Source: a virus (lineage: Duplodnaviria; Heunggongvirae; Uroviricota; Caudoviricetes). Taken from it: 40,202 nt of DNA. Positions 7,654 to 16,695 of the stretch are shown here, one piece after another. Location: the IMG/VR virus record IMGVR_UViG_3300013121_000035, positions 1 to 40,202 of that record; one strand, given 5' to 3'. The notes under the pieces are model-generated. The model made no database searches. It saw nothing but the letters and a program-made list of their open reading frames with translations, and was not told where the DNA came from. The position numbers and the translations under genes were made by a program. The stretch's first letter is position 1; every line of letters begins with the position of its first letter.

Positions 7654-7854
7654 ATGAACCGCACGCGCCTGCGCGACTACGACCCGCACGTCCACATCGA
7701 CCTGTCCTGCCCGCACTGCGGCGCCAGCGGTGAGCTGTGCGGCTACCTGTCCATCGTCGGGCGGGTCGTCGGCCACGTCAGGCGCATCCTGTGCGCTCAC
7801 CCCGAGGACCTCGACGTGCGCTGCCGATCCGACGAGCCGTTCAGCCTCAACTAA
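7654..7854 (+). CDS. small Cys-rich hypothetical protein
   Basis: GGGGGAG RBS; CPHCG motif. Confidence 0.5.
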   Translation: MNRTRLRDYDPHVHIDLSCPHCGASGELCGYLSIVGRVVGHVRRILCAHPEDLDVRCRSDEPFSLN

Positions 7855-7857
7855 CCA

Positions 7858-7881
7858 CTCGACAACCACCCCGGCCGAGCG
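7858..7881 (+). promoter_or_regulatory. putative sigma28/WhiG-like promoter CTCG-N12-GCCGAGCG
   Basis: Motif match, intergenic, upstream of lexA-like gene. Confidence 0.45.
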
Positions 7882-7914
7882 CTACCCTGACTTAGCTAAT
7901 TTGAGTTCAGACGG

Positions 7915-8196
7915 GTGATGGGAGCGACGATGCCAGCCGGGAGCCGCCAAGCCATGCTCGCGGCCGCCGCCGACCGGCGCGAGCAGATGCTCGACTACAT
8001 CGACACCTACCACCGCCACCACGGCTTCTCCCCATCCATCCCCGAGATCAGCCAGCACTTCAACATCTCCACCGGCGTCACCCGCCACCACCTGCTGCAC
8101 CTCGAACGCGAAGGACGGCTGCGCCGCACCCCCGGCGTCCACCGCTCCTTCCAAGTCATCCACACGCCTGGGGGGGCACATGCACCGCGACGATGA
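7915..8196 (+). CDS. LexA-type N-terminal DNA-binding domain protein without peptidase domain
   Basis: RREQMLDYIDTYHRHHGFSPSIPEISQHF...HHLLHLEREGRLRRTPGVHRSF follows LexA wHTH pattern; start may be 7918 or 7930. Confidence 0.75.
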   Translation: MMGATMPAGSRQAMLAAAADRREQMLDYIDTYHRHHGFSPSIPEISQHFNISTGVTRHHLLHLEREGRLRRTPGVHRSFQVIHTPGGAHAPRR

Positions 8197-8911
8197 CCGG
8201 CCACCACTGCCACCACTCACCGACGCGCAACGCGCCGCCGTCGACCGCAGCATGGCCGTCGCCCTGGTCGAGCAGCTCGCCGCCGCCGAAGCATTCGGCA
8301 ACCAGACCACACCAGCCGACCAGGCCGCATTCGCCGACGCGCGCGCCGCGACCGGCGTCACCGGCCAGGAAATCGTCACCCCCACCGACCGCAACGGCAA
8401 GTACGGCCGCCCCCGCCGCGTGCTCAAAACCATCTTCCGCGACCCACCCATGCGTGTGTTCGCCGAGCAGCCCTCCAACCTCGCCTACGGCGAGATCCGC
8501 CTGCGGCCCGGCCACGTCAAGATGTCGCTGGACACCTGGCAAACCGCCTACGCCGACCAGCACGTCTTCGAGACGCTCAAACGCGAAGTCGAGCAGTACC
8601 GGGGGGGCACCACCGTGCGCAGGCAGATCGTCGACGCGGGCGACTACGGCCGTCAACGCCAAGCAGAACTCGACCGGCTCCGAGCCACCATGCAGGTCCC
8701 ACCCGGCGACCTGGAAGACCTCCGCGCCCAAGTCGACAACCTCATCATCCAGCTCGGCACCGCCGGGGACGTCATGACCGAGCGTCACGTCGCCATGTTC
8801 ACCGAACGCTGGCTGGTCGCCAACCAACGCCTGGACCAGGTCGCCGCCCAACTCGACGAGCTGCGCAGCCACCTGCAGCTCGTCGCCCGCAAGCTCGGCC
8901 CCGGCGCCTGA
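8180..8911 (+). CDS. hypothetical protein with C-terminal coiled coil
   Basis: 243 aa, strong codon bias, overlapping neighbours. Confidence 0.7.
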   Translation: MHRDDDRPPLPPLTDAQRAAVDRSMAVALVEQLAAAEAFGNQTTPADQAAFADARAATGVTGQEIVTPTDRNGKYGRPRRVLKTIFRDPPMRVFAEQPSNLAYGEIRLRPGHVKMSLDTWQTAYADQHVFETLKREVEQYRGGTTVRRQIVDAGDYGRQRQAELDRLRATMQVPPGDLEDLRAQVDNLIIQLGTAGDVMTERHVAMFTERWLVANQRLDQVAAQLDELRSHLQLVARKLGPGA

Positions 8912-9138
8912 TGGCCACCCGCGAGCAGCTCGCCGAGCTCATGGCCAGCCTCCAAGCCGCCCAACGCGCGTTCCGGGCCGCCGAACACGCGCGCACCGTG
9001 ACACTGGCCGCACGCAACGACGCGATCCTGGCTGCCGCCAACGCCGGGTTCGTCTACGACGACCTCGCCGCCCTCACCGGCCTCAGCGAACCTCGCATCG
9101 CGCAGATCGTCACCCGCGGCAGGAGTCTCACCGACTAA
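8911..9138 (+). CDS. small HTH DNA-binding protein
   Basis: RNDAILAAANAGFVYDDLAALTGLSEPRIAQIV. Confidence 0.65.
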   Translation: MATREQLAELMASLQAAQRAFRAAEHARTVTLAARNDAILAAANAGFVYDDLAALTGLSEPRIAQIVTRGRSLTD

Positions 9139-9170
9139 CAAGCCGGCCCCGGAAAGCCGACACAACGGAC

Positions 9171-9530
9171 ATGACCGGCCCCAGCGCTGCGAGCCTGCTG
9201 CGCGCCCACGTGTCCGAGCGAGACTTCCAGCAGCAGGTCACCGACCTCGCCAGCCTCCACGGCTGGCTCATCTACCACACCCACGACTCCCGCCGAAGCC
9301 AACCCGGCTTCCCCGACCTCGTCCTGGTCCGCGAACGGGTCATCTTCGCCGAGCTGAAAACCGAGCGCGGCAAGCTCACCCGCGCCCAGCGCATCTGGCT
9401 CGCCGCCCTCGCCGGCGCCAGCGTCGAAGCCTACTGCTGGCGGCCCAGCGACACCGACACCATCGCGGCCATCCTCGCCCGCAAAACCCCACCGAAATCC
9501 CAGGATGCGTCCACATCTGACATGAGGTAA
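9171..9530 (+). CDS. VRR-Nuc domain nuclease
   Basis: SERDFQQQV, GFPDLVLV, FAELKT, GKLTRAQRIW. Confidence 0.85.
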   Translation: MTGPSAASLLRAHVSERDFQQQVTDLASLHGWLIYHTHDSRRSQPGFPDLVLVRERVIFAELKTERGKLTRAQRIWLAALAGASVEAYCWRPSDTDTIAAILARKTPPKSQDASTSDMR

Positions 9531-9584
9531 AAACAGCGCATCCGTCGAGCGACCCCCCTGCCCGGCGGGTCATCCCCCATGCAC

Positions 9585-9609
9585 CGGCCCCCGACCCGCT
9601 CGGGGGCCG
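9585..9609. terminator. hairpin at early/late boundary
   Basis: CGGCCCCCGA / TCGGGGGCCG 10-bp stem followed by ATGTATTTCT. Confidence 0.5.
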
Positions 9610-9757
9610 ATGTATTTCTGATGCGAAAACACCCGCTCCCGTCCATTTCCTGCGCACCCGTTCTGACCAGTCCAAACGCCAGGTTCCTGGCGCGGATTTG
9701 TCACCACCAGACCTGCTAGCTTCACCCCATGACAAACCGCGAATCGGGGGGGGCGCG

Positions 9758-10405
9758 GTGAGCATCCCCCCACATCTGGCCGCCGCCACGGTCCACAGCC
9801 ACCTGCGCACCGTCACCCTCGTCAGCGGCCGCCCGATGGAAGTCCAAGGCGACGACGAACGCGACTGGTTCAACGCCACCCGCGACAACTACACCAAGCA
9901 GACCGCCTTCAGCCTCCAGACCGACCTGCTCGACCTCGACCGGCTCCTCATCCACGAGCTGATGATCTACCGCTGGACCTGCCAGCTGGCCGCCGGCAAG
10001 GACTACGACGGGGAGTTCATCGACGACCCCGACGGGCTGCGCAAGAACATCCAGTCCTACAGCGCCGAGGTCACCCGCATCAAAGAAGCGATGGGCCTGT
10101 CCAAAAGCGCCCGCGACCGCGCCGGCACCGAATCGGTCAGCGACTACATCAACGAGCTCAAACGCCGCGCCAAAGAGTTCGGCGTCCACCGCGAGACCCA
10201 GCTCACCCGAGCGCTCGTGCTCACCAAGGAGCTGTTCAGCCTCGTCGGCACCTACCAGCGCGCCGACGAGGAGGAGCGACGCAAGCTCGACCTGTCACCC
10301 GAGTCGATCCTCACCTGGATCAGCGACGTCATGAAACCCGAATTCGACAGCGTCGACGCGCACTTCCGCGCCAACCAGCAGCGGTTCTGGGTCCGCCAAC
10401 TGTGA
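9758..10405 (+). CDS. helical phage protein, candidate terminase small subunit
   Basis: First gene of the late block, three genes upstream of terL; function from position only. Confidence 0.45.
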   Translation: MSIPPHLAAATVHSHLRTVTLVSGRPMEVQGDDERDWFNATRDNYTKQTAFSLQTDLLDLDRLLIHELMIYRWTCQLAAGKDYDGEFIDDPDGLRKNIQSYSAEVTRIKEAMGLSKSARDRAGTESVSDYINELKRRAKEFGVHRETQLTRALVLTKELFSLVGTYQRADEEERRKLDLSPESILTWISDVMKPEFDSVDAHFRANQQRFWVRQL

Positions 10406-10415
10406 GGTGCCAGTC

Positions 10416-10520
10416 ATGAACCGCGGCGACTACGAAGGCATCGCACTCATCCTCATCCTGCTCACCGCGTTCATCCTGCTCGTCTGGCTGGTCATCAAGA
10501 TCCCGCTGGTCGGGTGGTAA
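10416..10520 (+). CDS. 34-aa single-TM protein (not in ORF track)
   Basis: GAGGTG RBS; MNRGDYEGIALILILLTAFILLVWLVIKIPLVGW*. Confidence 0.55.
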   Translation: MNRGDYEGIALILILLTAFILLVWLVIKIPLVGW

Positions 10521-10524
10521 CCCG

Positions 10525-11055
10525 GTGGGCCGACAGGCTGATTGGGACGCGGCCAAACGCAAGTACCCGTCCACCGTGGAACTCGACCAGGCCGCCTGGA
10601 TCGCGTTCTTCGATCAGCGGCCAGACGTGATGCACGCGATCATCGGCGACGTCGCCAAAGTCGTCCAAGCCACCGAACGCGACCACAAACGCGCCGGGCG
10701 GCGCCCCGCCGTGCGCGGCGGCACGATGGACGACCTGGACCGGCTCATCCGCCCCCGCTTCTCCCTGCTCCCCTTCGACCAGGCCGTCCAAGAGCTCATC
10801 GGCACCCGCAGCGTCCGCGCGTTCGCAGCCAAAGTCCCCATCCACCACACCACCTTGGTCCGCATGATGAGCGGCGACCGCCAGCTCAACATGCCCGTCC
10901 TGGAAGCCATCGCCACCGCCGGCAACGTCACCCCCTTCTACTTCGCCGAATACCGCACCCTGTGGGTCGCCGACGCGTTCACCAAGGTGTTCGCCTCCAA
11001 GCCCAACCTGTCCATCCGCGCCATCAAGCAGCTGTCCGCAGCCCGGCCCGCATGA
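10525..11055 (+). CDS. XRE-like HTH domain protein
   Basis: SVRAFAAKVPIHHTTLVRMMSGDRQLNMPVLEAIATAGNVTPFYF. Confidence 0.65.
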   Translation: MGRQADWDAAKRKYPSTVELDQAAWIAFFDQRPDVMHAIIGDVAKVVQATERDHKRAGRRPAVRGGTMDDLDRLIRPRFSLLPFDQAVQELIGTRSVRAFAAKVPIHHTTLVRMMSGDRQLNMPVLEAIATAGNVTPFYFAEYRTLWVADAFTKVFASKPNLSIRAIKQLSAARPA

Positions 11056-11462
11056 ACGCCCTCATCGAACCGGCCGTAGCGATCGCCCTGCTCGCCTGCG
11101 TCGTCGGTGCGCTGTGCGCCGCGTTCATCCTCCACGTCGCCATCCTCCACAACCACCCCCCCTCGCCGCTGGCAACGGCCGTCAGCAGAGTCGCGCGCAC
11201 CGTCGCCCGCCAGGTCGCCGGCGACACCAGCGAGATCCCCGTCGCCGAGGCCGACACCATCGAACAGCCCTCGGTCAAAGGCGAGCTCGTCGCCGACACC
11301 GAAGGGCGCTGGTTCACCATCCACGAAGCCGACCTGCGCCACGCGCTGGCTGCTACGTTCGAGGAGCACCTGCATCCCGACAACGCGCTGCGCCAACTCA
11401 CCAAGCACGCCCTCATCCACCACCAGCGCCCCGCCAAGCGCCGGAAAGGAGGCACCCGATGA
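11052..11462 (+). CDS. hypothetical membrane-anchored protein
   Basis: N-terminal hydrophobic helix; overlaps neighbours by 4 nt. Confidence 0.6.
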   Translation: MNALIEPAVAIALLACVVGALCAAFILHVAILHNHPPSPLATAVSRVARTVARQVAGDTSEIPVAEADTIEQPSVKGELVADTEGRWFTIHEADLRHALAATFEEHLHPDNALRQLTKHALIHHQRPAKRRKGGTR

Positions 11463-14056
11463 GCGTCACCGTCACCCTGGAGGAGGAGGAGCTGTACCTC
11501 GCCGCCCTCTTGGACGACCCCAGCGGCCTGGACCTCGCCGAGTTCTGCTGGCTGGACGAAGAAGCCGACGACGGGTGCTTTCGCGCCTGGGACTACCAGT
11601 GGGCCTGGTGGCGCAACGACGACCCCTACCAGATCGACCAGGCCGGCCGGTCACTGGGCAAGAGCGTGGGCATTACCATGCGCGCGTTCGCCTTCCCCTT
11701 CAAAGCGCCCGGCCAGGAGATGCTCGTCACCGCGCCGGAGCTCAACCACCTGCGCCCCCTCACCGACCAGATCGAACACCGGCTCACCACCACCCGCCTC
11801 ACTCGCGAGCTGCTCCCCGCCGTCAAAGGCATGGGCATCGCCAGGCAGCCGCACTTCCAGGTCCGTTTCACGAACAATGCTCGCATCATTACCAGACTTC
11901 CCAATAAGGACGGTAAGGGAGTCAAGGGGTCGATGGCCGCCGGGGCCATCGTGCTCACTCGGAACGGCCTGAAACCGATTGAGGATGTCGTACCTGGTGA
12001 CGAGGTTCTCACCCACATGAACCGCTGGCGGCGGGTACTGGACAACATCCGCTCCGACGCTGATGTCGACCTCATCGACGTCGCTGGCGGCGGCAACCGC
12101 AGCCTAGTCATGTCCTGGAACCACCGGATGTTCGGTCGACGCAACCGCAACCCGCAGCGCACCCGGCGGCTTTCGCCGATCAACTGGGTCATTGCCGACG
12201 ACCCAGAACTGGGCGACCGCTGGTACTTCGGCTCGCCGACCACCTTCCCCAGCGAGCCGCTGCCAGCAACGCCCGTCGCCGACATCGAGGCGCTGCTTGC
12301 ACTCGCTGGCGCCTATGTCGCCGACGGCAACCAGGGCGTCAACCGGATCGCGCTCACCGACGACGTCGATGAGGTACCACGTCTGCTTGCCCTCGCTGAA
12401 GCGGTGGGTTGCACCGCGCACGCCTACGACAAGGCCGTGGGTTCCCGGGCGCGCACAGTCGAGATCTACGGCAAGGCTGTCGCCAACTGGTTGTTGGAGC
12501 ACTTCGGCCAGTACGCCGCGGGTAAGCGGCTGCCGGTCTGGCTGCTCGGTGCGGAGGAGCGCTACCGCAAGGCGTTCTTATACACCTATCTCGCAGGGGA
12601 CGGTCACTGGAGTCCAGTCAAGCGGCGCTGGGAACTGTCGACCGCCTCCAAGCCACTCGCCGTTGGTCTCCGCCTGCTCGGCCAGAGCCTCGGTTACCAG
12701 GGCAGTCTCTCGTGGACTGACCCGAAGCCCAACCAGGTGAGCCCCGCACCGCAACGTTCCTGGCGCGTACAACTCACCGATCACGGCCACGCCCAACTGC
12801 TCGATGGCATCTTGTGGACTAAGGTCCGTGCAGCCACCGAGAGCGGTCGCGGTGTGGTCTACAGCATGGTTGTTGAAGGTGACGAGTCCTACATCGCGGA
12901 CGGACTGATCAGCCATAACCAACACCCCATTCATCTCGAAATGGACGAAGCCCAGGACTACCCTCTCGCTGGCTGGGTGGAGCTGATCGAAACGCTCAAG
13001 CGCGGCAGCAAAGGGTTCACGTGGCGCTGCCACGGCGTCTCCCGCGGGGTGCGCGACAAGTTCTACGAGCTCACCCAGGAATCCTCCGGGTGGACCGTCC
13101 ACCGGCTCACCGCCGTGCACCGGCCGACCTGGGACGACGCGGAGCGCCAAGCCAAGATCCGCGAGTACGGCGGCAGTCGCGACAACCCCGACTACAAGCG
13201 CAACATCTTCGGCGAGCACGGTGATGCGACCAACCCGCTGTTCGTTCTTGCCCGCCTGATGGCGATCGTGCGCCAGGACGCCGAGTACAACGACGACATC
13301 TACGCCTGCCGCAAGATCAGCTACGAGCTGGTCGCCAACGCCGGCACCCCCATCCAGACGTTCCTGGACCTGCCCGGCAGCCATCTCGCCGGCTACAGCG
13401 GCTACTACGGCGGGATGGACGTCGGGTTCACCGCCGACCCCTCCGAGATCCTGGTGTTCGGCGAGCAGGTGAAGACCGGCAAGCTGCGGCTGCTGACCCG
13501 CATCCAGCTCGCCCGCGTCCACGCCGCCGACCAGCGGCGCGTCATCACCGCCCTGTTCGACTTCTACGGCGCCAAGCTGCGCCGGTTCGCGATGGACAAG
13601 ACCGGGCTGGGCCTGCCGATCTGGCAGGACATGCTCACCGAGCCGATCAGCGGCGCCAACGACCGGGTCATCGGCTACAACTTCTCCGGCCTGTATCCCG
13701 TCGAGGTCGAAGACCGCCCGCTGAAACCCGGCGAGAAGCCCGCGGACCTGGTCATCAAGAAGAACATCAAGGACTGGTCGTCTGACCAGCTGCGCCACTG
13801 GGTTGACCAGCGTGTCCTGGAGCTCCCGTTCGACCGGGAGCTGCTCAGCGAATGGCAGGGGCAGAGCTACTCGGTCGCCCCGCAGGCCGGCAACCCGTAT
13901 GGGCGGCGCAGCTACTCCGCCGGCTCCTACCACACCCTGGACGCGGGACGGATGTTCGCCGCCGCCAAGGGCTTGGAAGCGATCGAGGCGATGCTCGCCA
14001 AGCCGGTGGCCACCGAAGGCCCCGTCCTGGACGTGTTCGTCGGCGCCGGGTACTGA
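11459..14056 (+). CDS. terL: terminase large subunit, intein-containing
   Basis: RBS AAAGGAGG; Walker A QAGRSLGKS, Walker B IHLEMDE, nuclease motifs GGMDVG, MDKTGLG, HTLDA; 865 aa, 535 aa without intein. Confidence 0.92.
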   Translation: MSVTVTLEEEELYLAALLDDPSGLDLAEFCWLDEEADDGCFRAWDYQWAWWRNDDPYQIDQAGRSLGKSVGITMRAFAFPFKAPGQEMLVTAPELNHLRPLTDQIEHRLTTTRLTRELLPAVKGMGIARQPHFQVRFTNNARIITRLPNKDGKGVKGSMAAGAIVLTRNGLKPIEDVVPGDEVLTHMNRWRRVLDNIRSDADVDLIDVAGGGNRSLVMSWNHRMFGRRNRNPQRTRRLSPINWVIADDPELGDRWYFGSPTTFPSEPLPATPVADIEALLALAGAYVADGNQGVNRIALTDDVDEVPRLLALAEAVGCTAHAYDKAVGSRARTVEIYGKAVANWLLEHFGQYAAGKRLPVWLLGAEERYRKAFLYTYLAGDGHWSPVKRRWELSTASKPLAVGLRLLGQSLGYQGSLSWTDPKPNQVSPAPQRSWRVQLTDHGHAQLLDGILWTKVRAATESGRGVVYSMVVEGDESYIADGLISHNQHPIHLEMDEAQDYPLAGWVELIETLKRGSKGFTWRCHGVSRGVRDKFYELTQESSGWTVHRLTAVHRPTWDDAERQAKIREYGGSRDNPDYKRNIFGEHGDATNPLFVLARLMAIVRQDAEYNDDIYACRKISYELVANAGTPIQTFLDLPGSHLAGYSGYYGGMDVGFTADPSEILVFGEQVKTGKLRLLTRIQLARVHAADQRRVITALFDFYGAKLRRFAMDKTGLGLPIWQDMLTEPISGANDRVIGYNFSGLYPVEVEDRPLKPGEKPADLVIKKNIKDWSSDQLRHWVDQRVLELPFDRELLSEWQGQSYSVAPQAGNPYGRRSYSAGSYHTLDAGRMFAAAKGLEAIEAMLAKPVATEGPVLDVFVGAGY
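11930..12919 (+). mobile_element. intein with LAGLIDADG homing endonuclease (330 aa)
   Basis: SMAAGAIVLTRNGLKPIEDVVPGDEVLTH, block B SWNH, AGAYVADG, YLAGDG, VYSMVVEGDESYIADGLISHN; codon usage differs from flanks. Confidence 0.92.
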
Positions 14057-14076
14057 CCCAACCTCCGGACACCAAA

Positions 14077-14102
14077 CGACCCGGGCCAACCGGCCCGGGT
14101 CG
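14077..14102 (+). terminator. hairpin after terL
   Basis: CGACCCGGGCC / GGCCCGGGTCG 11-bp stem, AACC loop. Confidence 0.55.
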
Positions 14103-14198
14103 ATGGTGGCAAAGCACGCACTCCCAGCGAAGCCCCCACTCCGCGTCACACAAGCTGAAGCGTACTAAACCGCGCGAGCCAGGCGCAACTCGTCGGGC

Positions 14199-14750
14199 AT
14201 GGCTGGTCGCCGCAACCCGAATCTGCCCCGCAGGAACTTTGAGCAACTCGATTCTGCGCCGGCCAACGCCGATCAGGTGGTCATGCGCGCCATCGTCCAA
14301 GGCTCCCAAGCCGGCGGGTTCATCCCGCGAGCCGACATCCCCACCACGACCGGCACGCCCGCACCAGCCAGTGCACCAGCAACGGGCGTTGCCATGCGCA
14401 GCGTCGACATGGGCCTGGGCTTGGCACCGCTGGGGTTTGGGCCGCTGGGCACCCGCAGCGACATCGAAGACGAACTGGACGGCGTCATGGTCGCCGTCCG
14501 CGGGTTCCACACCAGAGAACCCGACCAGGTCATGCGTGAGATCGCCGCGTACTCCGCCCGCCTGACCGAGCTCGCCAACCTCTTGGTGCGTGTGGAAGGC
14601 ACCCGACGCGAGTACCGCCAGCTGCGCACCTTGCAGATCGAACGGCTCCTCAACGAGCTGGACCGCCAGTTCAAGATCGCCTCGCGCCTGGTCGAGATGC
14701 GCCGCCAAGATCTCGCCTTGCTCGAACCCACCAGAGGGAGCGGCCCGTGA
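14199..14750 (+). CDS. hypothetical protein with C-terminal helical bundle
   Basis: 183 aa between terL and portal. Confidence 0.7.
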   Translation: MAGRRNPNLPRRNFEQLDSAPANADQVVMRAIVQGSQAGGFIPRADIPTTTGTPAPASAPATGVAMRSVDMGLGLAPLGFGPLGTRSDIEDELDGVMVAVRGFHTREPDQVMREIAAYSARLTELANLLVRVEGTRREYRQLRTLQIERLLNELDRQFKIASRLVEMRRQDLALLEPTRGSGP

Positions 14751-16426
14751 CCACCCGGCCGGCGCACAGCGTCCTGATCGAAACCGACGGGTGGCTGCGT
14801 CCCCTGGAAGTCTGGAACGAATCCGGGCTGGACGACTCCACCGTCATGCGCCACCTGCCGGTGGAGCAGGCCGCCGCGGAGATCATGCGCTGGACCAGCG
14901 AGCAGCGCAGCACCCGCGGCGGTGGGTCCATGTTCGCCCGCAACACCTTCGTGGCCAGCGACAACCCGTATGAGCAGATGCGCATCGCCCGCGACGCGAT
15001 GCGTGACGACGTCGTCGGCGGCGTCGCGGACATCACCGAGGCGTTGGCGTTCCAGCGGGTCGGCTGGGAAGCCGGCGAAGAAGACGAAGTCGACGTGTTC
15101 AACCAGCTTGCCCGCGACCTGAACCTCGACGACTTCGTCCGCAAGGTCTGGCGGGAGCTGTACACCTACTCCCAGACGGTCGTGGCGACCTGGTGGGCGG
15201 TGCGCACCTACCGGGTCCGCGGCGAAAGCGACACCGGCGTCAAGCGCAAGAAGGAGTACACGCTGCTCGCGCCGACCGCGGTCAGCGTCCTTGACCCCAC
15301 CAAGATCGTCCCGGTCGGCAACCCGCTGTTCGGCCAGGAACGGCTGTGCTGGATCGGCACCGAAGAAGAACTCCGCGCCTTCCGCGGGGTGGGCGCCAAC
15401 GGCACCGCCGACCCCACGCTCGCGCCGGACGCGCTCATGGACCGGCTGCTGCTCGGCCAGTACACCCCGTCGCGCAGCGAAGCCGAATGGCTCACCGATC
15501 TGGGGGTCGACCCTGACCGGCTGTTGGAGTTCGACCCGCGTTACACCTGGCGGCACACCCTGACCCGCCCGGACTACCAGCGGTTCCCTGATGTGCGCCT
15601 GGCCGACACGTTTCGCCATCTGGACCTCAAACGCCAGCTCATGGACGCCGACCGGGTCCAGCTCGTCGGCGCCGCCAACTACATCCTGCTCATCAAGAAA
15701 GGCACCGACGCCCACCCCGGCCAGCCAGTGGAGATCGAGAACCTGCGGGAGAACTACTCGGTGCTGGCCAAGCTCCCGGTGATCATCGGCGACCACCGGC
15801 TGTCGATCGAGATCATCACCCCCAAGCTGGACACCACCCTGCAAAGCGGCCGCTACGACCTGCTCGACCGGCGCATCCGCGAACGCTGCATCGGCACGTT
15901 CACCCTCACCGACCGTGCCGACAAGAGCCTGCTGCAAGGCCGGGTGATCGCCCGGCTGATCGAATCGCGCCGCTGGATGATCAAGCGCACCGTCGAGGCG
16001 CGCATCGGACGGATGATCACCGAAGCCAACCCTGACCAGCTCACCAGCGAACCCAACCTGATCTACCGGCCCCGCAACGTCGCGCTCGAAGTCGACCCGG
16101 CTGTCATCGAAGCGCTGCTCAAGCTGCGCACGATGGGGGAGCTGTCGCGCGAAACCGAGCTGGAGGAGCTCGGCTTCGACCAGGACGTCGAAGCCCAACG
16201 GCGCAAGATCGAGGAGCGCCGCTACGACGCCACGTTCCGCTCCGCCGTGCCGCACTCCAGCCCCGCGACCAACCCGATCGGCCCGCCCGCCCAAGGCCAA
16301 CAAGGCCAACAAGGGCAAGGCCAGCAGGGCCAGCAGCAGGGCGCTGATCCCAACCCGCAGGTCGAACCGCGACCCAACGTCAACCGCGGCCGCCCGCGCA
16401 TCAACCCCAAGCCTGAGCAGCCATGA
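14747..16426 (+). CDS. portal protein
   Basis: 559 aa, position after terL; Gln/Gly-rich tail near 16292-16342; function mainly from synteny and size. Confidence 0.7.
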   Translation: MTTRPAHSVLIETDGWLRPLEVWNESGLDDSTVMRHLPVEQAAAEIMRWTSEQRSTRGGGSMFARNTFVASDNPYEQMRIARDAMRDDVVGGVADITEALAFQRVGWEAGEEDEVDVFNQLARDLNLDDFVRKVWRELYTYSQTVVATWWAVRTYRVRGESDTGVKRKKEYTLLAPTAVSVLDPTKIVPVGNPLFGQERLCWIGTEEELRAFRGVGANGTADPTLAPDALMDRLLLGQYTPSRSEAEWLTDLGVDPDRLLEFDPRYTWRHTLTRPDYQRFPDVRLADTFRHLDLKRQLMDADRVQLVGAANYILLIKKGTDAHPGQPVEIENLRENYSVLAKLPVIIGDHRLSIEIITPKLDTTLQSGRYDLLDRRIRERCIGTFTLTDRADKSLLQGRVIARLIESRRWMIKRTVEARIGRMITEANPDQLTSEPNLIYRPRNVALEVDPAVIEALLKLRTMGELSRETELEELGFDQDVEAQRRKIEERRYDATFRSAVPHSSPATNPIGPPAQGQQGQQGQGQQGQQQGADPNPQVEPRPNVNRGRPRINPKPEQP

Positions 16427-16695
16427 CGCCCGTTCCCAGCGACCCAGGCGGCAGCGACCACGGGTTCAGCGGCAAGACCCTGGCCGAGATCGACCCTGAG
16501 CAGCTCGCCCGGCTGTTCCACGAAACCTACGAGCGGCTCGCCCCAGCCCACGGCTACCAGACCCGCCTGGACTCCCGCCAACGCTGGGAGCACGTCCCCG
16601 CCAACAACCGGGCGCTCATGACCGCCACCGCCGCCGAAATCCTGCGCACTCTGCAGGCAGCCTGCGTGTGGCGCGAACCGCGCGGCCGGCGATGA
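16423..16695 (+). CDS. hypothetical phage protein
   Basis: LARLFHETYERLAP...WEHVP; overlapping neighbours. Confidence 0.65.
   Translation: MTPVPSDPGGSDHGFSGKTLAEIDPEQLARLFHETYERLAPAHGYQTRLDSRQRWEHVPANNRALMTATAAEILRTLQAACVWREPRGRR

Noticed and set aside
11114-11458. N-terminal extension of terL in the track
   Set aside because: Overlaps gene 11052; AAAGGAGG marks ATG 11459
12578-14149. 523-aa minus-strand ORF
   Set aside because: Shadow of terL; no motif or RBS
14273-16318. 681-aa minus-strand ORF
   Set aside because: Antisense shadow of the portal gene; high GC3 on + suppresses stops on -
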